Shown here: positions 51,876 to 60,567 of the stretch, one piece after another
Layout: the number at the start of each line of letters is the position of its first letter
How positions within the stretch are numbered: position 1 is the first letter of the stretch
From: Octopus bimaculoides
Taxonomy: Eukaryota
Length of the DNA stretch: 60,567 nt
Assembly (NCBI RefSeq): GCF_001194135.2
Contig: NC_068995.1
Span: forward strand, 18,231,869-18,292,435
Direction of reading: 5' to 3'
Position numbers and translations under genes: made by a program
Notes under the pieces: generated by a model
Seen by the model: only the letters and a program-made list of their open reading frames with translations
The model's database searches: none
Told to the model about the DNA's origin: nothing

Positions 51876-52815
51876 GTTGTATAAGACATTTTGAATTCCA
51901 AAACTTTATGATTAATTCTCAAGACACAAACAGAAAATTGCGTAGGAAACAGAAATAGAGAATTCCAAATGTATTGATGCAATTTCTTTTTTTTTTTTTT
52001 TATCGCGTTCCAATTTTCTACAATTTAATGAAAGTGCAACATTTAGAAATAAAGCTACTATGTTTTTTACATCAGTCCGTACCAACGCTCGCTATAACCT
52101 CATAGAATAATTATCTGTATTTCCCAGTTTCTCCTTTCGTTTATTGATCTCCCACGCTCTCTCTGTCTCAATATATTCTTGTCTCTCCATCTATTAATCT
52201 GTTTCTTTACCTATTCATTCATTTACAAAAGTATTTGTGCACGTATGTAGGCAGGTACTCCAAAACACACCCATGCAAGCATATATACACACAAGCTTTT
52301 GTGTACAGACACAAGGATACTCATACATATAGATACATTTCATTGTCAAGTAACGTACGCTTTTACAATAACTTGATGATTATAACAAAAGTCTTCCAGA
52401 TTAAGTTTGAGATCTCCCCTCTGTTGCAGCCATACCATTTATTCGTTCTAAATCTCTCAGATTATTATTTAGCAGATATATTAGCGTGCCTTCTTCACTT
52501 GTATGCCTCTTGACCCAGAAGTAGCTCATCGACCCTTTATCAACTCATGTTCTTAGTCCTCTTGAGTGTGCAGGCCTTCTCTCCAGGGCAGGGGTAATTC
52601 CTGACCCGGGAACGGGTAGCACTAGTTTACATGGCATCAGTATCAGATCACATCAGCCTCCGATGACACACCTGTCTGTACATTTACAAATACCTATGCA
52701 CGTGTGTGTTTGTGTGTTTCCTCCATTAGTCTCATCTCGAACTCAAAGAGACACAATATATATATGTGTATGATATCTTGGATGCTGTAATGCAGAACGT
52801 TAACCTTACACATAC

Positions 52816-52854
52816 TCCGTTCTTCGTTGTCCTGACCACAGTCATAATGTTCAG
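52816..52854 (-). CDS. Candidate 39-nt (or 45-nt) micro-exon of the minus-strand gene
   Basis: Very strong acceptor TTTTTTCCTGTTTATCTTTCTTTCACTCTTCAG| and tandem donors GTATGT (52815-52810) and GTAAGG (52809-52804). Frame-preserving with either donor; reads xEHYDCGQDNEER or LNIMTVVRTTKNG. Confidence 0.45.
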
Positions 52855-53796
52855 CTGAAGAGTGAAAGAAAGATAAACAGGAAAAAACTTTAACAGCTAT
52901 GTAAATTTATTTTTCCTAATTATAGAAGGCACAGCAAAATTATAAAATGAAGTAAAATATTATATTGGAATGCAAATAATTATTTTTAAATCATTTAAAG
53001 AAAACGGATTTTCATTAAAATTTGCGAATGATAATTCCTTAGCATCTACTTTCAATAAAATTTAATAATTTTCATATATTTTTAAATATAGCTTACTTAG
53101 TTGTAATTTTGGAATAATTTTGATTTGAAATAATTATTATATAAAAATGTATATTTAATTTTACTTTTAGAGAATGTGCATCATTAGTTTAAACGAAGAT
53201 ATTTCTTAATAGATTTCGATGGTGACATCAGTGTGTCTAATTGAGACTACGTCGAGAAAAATATTGCTTTTAAATATTATACACAGTATAATATTCTTTA
53301 TTGATGGATTTGTTTCTAAGTCAAGGTTTCGTATTAATACCAACTTGGGCTATCAAAATTGTAGAAAATCTTTGTCTATTATGTCAAAACATTTGTTAAT
53401 TCCCAACTGCCTGTCTACAAACTAGCTTAAATTATTTCTACTGTGCGAATTACGATGTTTTTTTTTTAATTTAGATCCCATTCACTTCATATTCAATAAA
53501 ATCTTAGTTAAACGTAATCTATAAAATAGCTGAAACATGATGAATTAAAGATAAAATCAAATTATTATTTTTACGACTTGCACACATATTGCCTCATAAG
53601 ATATTGTAATCCACTACTCTGACTAGATTTACAGAAATTCACACACACACACACACGCACACACCCACACACACCCCCCCCCACACACACACACACACAA
53701 ACAAACACACATTTATATATGTATATATGTAAGGGTTTCCGGATATATTTAGTCTTTACTTCCGTTTTATTATTACTATTATTACTATTATTATTG

Positions 53797-53839
<43 letters not shown>

Positions 53840-54083
53840 TATTGTAGTTGTTGTTGCTGTTGCAGTTATTCTTCTTCTTATTATTATTATCATTATTATT
53901 ATCTACGTGTATCTTCTTCCTTAGTCAATCTTGTCTGAAGACATTTTCTAATAAATATCCTTATAATGCTTTTACAACAAATACCATTATATACATGTAT
54001 TTGTATACATTATATACATGTATTTATATATCTATCAATATGTATGTATAAACGTATCTTTATATTTACACATTTACACACTT

Positions 54084-54330
54084 AAGCGCAGACCTATCCA
54101 TGTGCGGAGGAGTTTGCTTTCAATCACATTGTTCCAGATTCAATCCCAGTTTGTGATAACTTGGGTATATGTCGTCTACTATAATCCTGGGAAGGCCAAA
54201 ACCTCGTCAGTGCACCTGGAATATTGAAACTGAAAGGTATATATCTCAGTACTGGGATCGATATGTTTGCTAAACTTTCTATGAGGTGCACTTGCATGGC
54301 CACAGTTAAATGACTGAGACAAAAAAGCAA
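54084..54330 (+). mobile_element. SINE family A, strongly diverged, internally deleted
   Basis: AAGCGCAG...CAATCACATTGTTCCAGATTCAATCCCAG...CTTGGGTATATGTCGTCTACTATA...GAAACTGAAAG...ACTGGGATCGAT...GCATGGCCACAGTTAAATGACTGAGAC follows the family A layout. Confidence 0.75.
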
Positions 54331-54350
54331 TAATACAATACATACATACA

Positions 54351-54386
<36 letters not shown>

Positions 54387-55854
54387 TATANNNNNNNNNN
54401 NNNNNNNNNNNNNNNNNNNNNNNNNNNNNNNNNNNNNNNNNNNNNNNNNNNNNNNNNNNNNNNNNNNNNNNNNNNNNNNNNNNNNNNNNNNNNNNNNNNN
54501 NNNNNNNNNNNNNNNNNNNNNNNNNNNNNNNNNNNNNNNNNNNNNNNNNNNNNNNNNNNNNNNNNNNNNNNNNNNNNNNNNNNNNNNNNNNNNNNNNNNN
54601 NNNNNNNNNNNNNNNNNNNNNNNNNNNNNNNNNNNNNNNNNNNNNNNNNNNNNNNNNNNNNNNNNNNNNNNNNNNNNNNNNNNNNNNNNNNNNNNNNNNN
54701 NNNNNNNNNNNNNNNNNNNNNNNNNNNNNNNNNNNNNNNNNNNNNNNNNNNNNNNNACATGAAGTATGCTGAGAAAAATACCGAGGAATGATTATCAGTA
54801 GTGATGTAATTTAGAACTTCTGCAAATTTCAGAAAATTTTGTTTCCAAAATAGTCAAATATACTTTTTACAATATCAGATTCCTTACAATAATCAAAATT
54901 CTTACGAAGATATCAAAGTTTAATTTGATTGTCAATATTGCATTAACACTAGCCTCTATAATAAACTGCAAAGAAGAGATCTATGTCTCGAGGGTAACTT
55001 AGTTGAATTATTTCTATTTCGGATGATTGTCTTCTAAAAATATTAAATATCGGTGCACATGATTGTATATATATATATATACATACACATCATAAACATA
55101 TATATCTATATATAAGCATTTATAAATTTACATATAGATATATACAATATATATACTTTCGTGCGCTTCTGTAGGTCTAAGTGTATGTTTGTGCAAAATT
55201 GGACACGCGTTTATAAGAATAAATATCAGAATATTCCCAAAAATATTAATTTTCAACATCTTTACAGGCCTCACTTAATTTCAGCCCGCCATATCAAAGA
55301 TAGAATAAAGAATTTTGGAGACATTATTAAATTAATTTTCATAATAGTTCAGAAATATAGAACCTCCAAAAACTTTTACGGTATAAAGATATATGACACC
55401 ATCTTTCTTTTTCACTCTCCTTCAGTTCACATCTCTGTGCGTGCTCTGTTTCACTGTGAGCGTGTGTATGTATTTATGTGTATATGTGCCTATGTATGTT
55501 TATACTTAAATAATAGGTATTCACAATCATGAACTCCATCACACCCTCCATCCTATCTCTGTATACATACAGACACATGCACATAGATAAATAGACATAT
55601 AGATACATAGATAAACAGAAAAACAGGTAGATAGATGAATAGATAGATAAATGGATTTGTATGTATGTGAGAGTGTGTGTGTTTATGTACTTGTGTGTAT
55701 GTAACACTGCAACGATTAGGTGTCATTTCTATGAATATATGTTTCGCTAAATGCTTACTGATTCTCCAACAAGTATACACACATACATACATATAAATGT
55801 ACATATATACATATGTGCATGTGTGTGTGAGTATGAATATATATGTATATGTAA

Positions 55855-55858
55855 CTGC

Positions 55859-55905
<47 letters not shown>

Positions 55906-56092
55906 CATATATAGATATGCATACACATAGGTACATACATACATATATATGTAAAAGGAGAAAGAGGAAGTGGCAGATAGACAGACAAATAGATAGATAG
56001 GTACGTAGATAGATAGATAGATAGAGAGAGAGAGAAAGAGAGAGAGATACATAAAGAGAGAGAGAGAGAGACAGAGAGAGAGAGAGAGATAA
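55855..56092. repeat. Compound (TA)n/(CATA)n/(GATA)n/(GA)n microsatellite
   Basis: Read directly. Confidence 0.95.
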
Positions 56093-56331
56093 ATTCATAC
56101 ATGCATGTATATATTTACTTATTCGTTACATGTCATTTTACATGCACAGATATTAAGAATTATTTCCAAATATCATTTCGAGATGTTGTATGATATAAGT
56201 GGAAGATTGTAGGCTCGAAACGTTAAAGACGTTTTCACTTCCCGAGCGTTATATTAATACATCTGTTTGTTGTCTACACCACCTGTCTTCGTCTTTGGGT
56301 TGTTTTTTTTTTGTGAATTCTCCCCCCCCCC

Positions 56332-56362
<31 letters not shown>

Positions 56363-56373
56363 TNNNNNNNNNN

Positions 56374-56625
56374 GAAAAAAAGTATGCAACGTTTTGAAAC
56401 ATGAAGTATCAATGCCAGTTTTTTGCAGTGTTTTGAATTTTTTTAAAAACATTTTTTGAGAACTGTCTGCTAATACAGATATAAACTTGTCCAAATGCCT
56501 CGATAAATTAACATTGATATTTTTTCCGTGTTACAATCATCTGAAATGGAACTGTCAAAGCGCGATATTGGAGCAATTTTCCTATTGAACTTCAAAAATG
56601 ACGTAAAGCAGCTGAAACGTCCCTT
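56374..56625 (+). mobile_element. mariner transposon 5' remnant
   Basis: ATG 56546 MELSKRDIGAIFLLNFKN then, with a 1-nt shift, RKAAET, matching the mariner N-terminus pattern (xRxxxLxxFxxGxKAAET). An ITR-like AAAAGTATGCAACGTTTT follows the 10-N gap. Confidence 0.6.
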
Positions 56626-56747
56626 ACTTTCTACTTAGACTGACATATCTATCTATCTATCTCTCTATATAGATATGCAGGGCAGGGAATCATCAATTAG
56701 TAATCAAATTAATAATTAACAATTCTGCCGGGTAGCTCAGTATGAAA

Positions 56748-56982
56748 AAAACCTTCTTCGGTAAATAATTTATAATCATAAATATATAGGGATTGACAGT
56801 AACCTCTTGTTTTTTGTTCTGTGTGTATCAAAAATATCGCTATCAATCTGGAGTAATAATTTGTAGTTTTGAAATCAGTAGTTCTTTGACTGCTATTTCT
56901 GAATTCTCAGTATGTTGGAGAAGCAGGTTACTGTCAATCCCTATATATTTATGATTATAAATTATTTACCGAAGAAGGTTTT
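56748..56982. repeat. Perfect 58-bp inverted repeat with 119-bp spacer
   Basis: 56748-56805 is the exact reverse complement of 56925-56982; the right arm ends at the N gap. Confidence 0.95.
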
Positions 56983-57974
56983 NNNNNNNNNNNNNNNNNN
57001 NNNNNNNNNNNNNNNNNNNNNNNNNNNNNNNNNNNNNNNNNNNNNNNNNNNNNNNNNNNNNNNNNNNNNNNNNNNNNNNNNNNNNNNNNNNNNNNNNNNN
57101 NNNNNNNNNNNNNNNNNNNNNNNNNNNNNNNNNNNNNNNNNNNNNNNNNNNNNNNNNNNNNNNNNNNNNNNNNNNNNNNNNNNNNNNNNNNNNNNNNNNN
57201 NNNNNNNNNNNNNNNNNNNNNNNNNNNNNNNNNNNNNNNNNNNNNNNNNNNNNNNNNNNNNNNNNNNNNNNNNNNNNNNNNNNNNNNNNNNNNNNNNNNN
57301 NNNNNNNNNNNNNNNNNNNNNNNNNNNNNNNNNNNNNNNNNNNNNNNNNNNNNNNNNNNNNNNNNNNNNNNNNNNNNNNNNNNNNNNNNNNNNNNNNNNN
57401 NNNNNNNNNNNNNNNNNNNNNNNNNNNNNNNNNNNNNNNNNNNNNNNNNNNNNNNNNNNNNNNNNNNNNNNNNNNNNNNNNNNNNNNNNNNNNNNNNNNN
57501 NNNNNNNNNNNNNNNNNNNNNNNNNNNNNNNNNNNNNNNNNNNNNNNNNNNNNNNNNNNNNNNNNNNNNNNNNNNNNNNNNNNNNNNNNNNNNNNNNNNN
57601 NNNNNNNNNNNNNNNNNNNNNNNNNNNNNNNNNNNNNNNNNNNNNNNNNNNNNNNNNNNNNNNNNNNNNNNNNNNNNNNNNNNNNNNNNNNNNNNNNNNN
57701 NNNNNNNNNNNNNNNNNNNNNNNNNNNNNNNNNNNNNNNNNNNNNNNNNNNNNNNNNNNNNNNNNNNNNNNNNNNNNNNNNNNNNNNNNNNNNNNNNNNN
57801 NNNNNNNNNNNNNNNNNNNNNNNNNNNNNNNNNNNNNNNNNNNNNNNNNNNNNNNNNNNNNNNNNNNNNNNNNNNNNNNNNNNNNNNNNNNNNNNNNNNN
57901 NNNNNNNNNNNNNNNNNNNNNNNNNNNNNNNNNNNNNNNNNNNNNNNNNNNNNNNNNNNNNNNNNNNNNNNNNN

Positions 57975-58038
<64 letters not shown>

Positions 58039-58504
58039 AAGACAAGAATATATAAACTGAGATATTAAAAAGGAGAAAAAAATTAAGTTGTACGAGTGAA
58101 TAGTATTGAAAGGAAATGAAATGGTTGTTTGCATATAAAATCAATGGAAACAGATAAATAGCAGCAGACTGAGGTCAAGAATTTGGGGAAATGATAAGGA
58201 GAATGAAACCAGGTGTTAGGGTGTGGTTGAGAGTTTTAGTAGTGAATACACTTGCCAGTATGTAGACTTGAGCTTATGATTGGTGTGACAGTACCTTGGA
58301 CAAAATAAACATAAGTGTCAGGTTCGGCGCTAGAATTAAATTATACTAACCCTCAATTTCACTTTTAACTCAAATAATTATTAATGATATATTGGACAAT
58401 GCACTTTAACCAACAAATACATTTCTGGTTACGGTATGGTTAATTATGGGGCAGATTGAGTTGAAAATTTTTGGGTAAAAGTATAGCAAGAATTTGTGTT
58501 ACGG

Positions 58505-58660
58505 TGGTAAACTAGAGAATCAGAGTCGGAAAAAAATGCCTGGTGTTATTTGAACCTGTTCTTCATATCCCGAATTCAAATGCCAGCAAATTCACCTTAG
58601 CTATTCATTCTCTCAGAATCCACGCAGTACAATAAAATCAAGCACTGGGGCCATTGACAT
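58505..58660 (+). mobile_element. SINE family B, very diverged
   Basis: AAAATGCCTGGTGTTATTT...CCGAATTCAAATGCC...TTCATTCTCTCAG...CAAGCACTGGGGCCATTG is colinear with family B. Confidence 0.55.
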
Positions 58661-58864
58661 CACTAATACACTCCATGAATATTACGGGCCTTTTGGTTAA
58701 ATTAGTAACCATTACTTAGTTACGTACTTTTGCTTGAAACTGCATGTTAATATTGGATTCCATAATTCTTGGATGCATAAAACATATACCAGTCACGGTC
58801 GTGACTCCGCGTGTAGCAAATACTAACGTATAGCAATATAATCCCTGTTAGGTGCAGATATTTT

Positions 58865-58865
<1 letters not shown>

Positions 58866-58924
<59 letters not shown>

Positions 58925-58980
58925 CAGTAGTAGCAGCAGCAGCAGCTGGTTTTGTTATGGCTGTTATTATTATTATTATT
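58866..58980. repeat. Compound (AGT)n(AGC)n...(ATT)n microsatellite
   Basis: Read directly. Confidence 0.95.
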
Positions 58981-60177
58981 TTTTTTTGATGTAGTAGTAA
59001 ATGCAGTTCTATAAATTTGTGTTGTCTAATTTCTGCTGTATGAATGATGTTGGCGCCTGCGTCCAATTCTGAAGAACATTGCAATATAAAAAGAATGATC
59101 TCATCCAAACTTCTGTGTATAAAGCTTTGAACCCATTATTATTTATTGTAAGAAGTCGAAGGAATTGGATTGAAGAGAGAAAATGCACTCGAACTTATAT
59201 AATACACATTATTATCTAAGCAAATCAATTATAAATAGGAATAATAAAAATAACAAATAAATATTGCCCTCTCAGTTTGATTTATATAAAGCTGCAAATA
59301 GTACGAGATTCTGACGACCAATTTACTGGGACGAAATCTTAAATGGGAGTTTTTGCCAAACAGTGTAATTGAAAAACTTCTTGTATATCACATCAACTTA
59401 TTTGTTGCTGGAATTTAAAGTAGTTTGTGTCTGTTGCATTGGATGAGAAAAAGGTTATGTTCAGAACTGTAAATAAGATTGCGGTAGAGAAAGGCATAAA
59501 ATAGTTGTTTACGAGGAAACATGTCACCTATTTGTGACCGCCTAGGGTCCATCGTGCGAAAGATTAATGTACATGTTGCTCTTTCTTGTATTTTTTAGTA
59601 CCAATCGTTAGACAAATTTATAATCCCAACTTACTATGTTAGATAGAGCAATGTCTAATAACGTTCCAAGATAACACGTTTGCAAATGACATTTGTATTG
59701 CTTACTTTAAGAATATATGTAAGAACGTCGGGAAGAGAGAGAAAAAGATAAACGTAATGGCAGGTTGTTATAGGAAACGCGCCAAAAAGAAAAAAAAAGA
59801 AGAAATCAAAAAGCAAATTTAGGTTATGCACCAGGATGGGAGTGCTGTATGGAAACCACAAAAGTGGTAGATAAAGCTATTTAGTAATAGCAAGAATGAC
59901 AGATATCGAAATGATAGCAAAACCTACCTCCAACAAATAATGAGAATTTCTTACTATCCTAAATGCCAAAGAATTATGCAGCCCCAGCCACATCGTGGAA
60001 GTTAAGTAAATCTGTTACATAATTTAATTGTATGGTATTATATCAAAATAATGCTGTAATTTATTATTCTATTGTTTGTTCACTTTTGATCGATGTAAAC
60101 GCAAGCCTTTGTGTTTTGAATTTCATCGTTTGATATTGTCCTCGATCACTTAGGCTCTTCTGAGCAATAAAAACAAC

Positions 60178-60245
60178 GTCATCGTCGTCGTCATCGTCGT
60201 TGTGGTGGTGGTGGTCGTCGTCATCATTGCCATCAGTATAATAAT

Positions 60246-60291
<46 letters not shown>

Positions 60292-60302
60292 GTTATTATA
60301 AT
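60178..60302. repeat. Compound (CGT)(GGT)(CAT)(AAT)n microsatellite
   Basis: Read directly. Confidence 0.95.
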
Positions 60303-60567
60303 TATTTTATGTTTGACTTTTGCTTTGCATTTGTACAAGTTGGATCCAAGTCTCACCCAGAGACCTCAAGAGACAACAAGTTAGAAGTTCATGTAGGTGT
60401 TATGCCTAGGGTGCCATATATCTGGATTTGTACATAGTGTTGTTCTAGAGAATGTTTAAGAAACCATAAGAAAATTATGTGTTTGTTTTAAAATTTGAGA
60501 TCACATAGACAGTATTTTACGTAGGATATGGGCAGTTCCCATGAGCGCTATCTTTCGAACTTCAGCC

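Noticed and set aside
41778-59067. 13-bp match GCCTGCGTCCAAT at 41778 and 59055
   Set aside because: Does not extend on either side; matches of this length are expected in 60 kb.
59655-59875. Lys-rich open frame on the plus strand (...RKRAKKKKKKKSKSKF...)
   Set aside because: The basic stretch derives from an A-rich low-complexity tract; no splice or start context.

Overview
AT-rich, microsatellite-dense metazoan genomic DNA from a fragmented short-read scaffold (15 N-gaps, about 5.8 kb in total, nearly all next to TA/TG/GA/GATA tracts). The SINE families and transposon remnants look like those I recall from octopus, so a coleoid cephalopod, probably Octopus, is my inference and is not verified. 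No complete protein-coding gene can be supported. Most of the long ORFs in the supplied track are artefacts of N-runs and simple repeats. What can be supported is a graveyard of mobile elements: two abundant tRNA-derived SINE families (one with a CORE-like motif), a third tRNA-like head, a Tx1/L1-clade RT fragment abutting an oppositely oriented R2/R4-type (RLE) retrotransposon fragment, a Penelope GIY-YIG fragment, Tc1, mariner and DD37D (maT) remnants, and a hAT-like MITE. A few isolated exon candidates suggest the window is largely intronic, the best set being on the minus strand (52854-52816, 27779-27758, 26508-26364). The unexplained structures most worth checking are a perfect 58-bp inverted repeat running into a gap, a tRNA-Thr(CGT)-shaped element with a Pol III terminator, a diverged 330-bp tandem duplication, several near-perfect hairpins and palindromes, and inverted SINE pairs that could form ADAR substrates. 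I do not see convincing evidence for a wholly new biological system.
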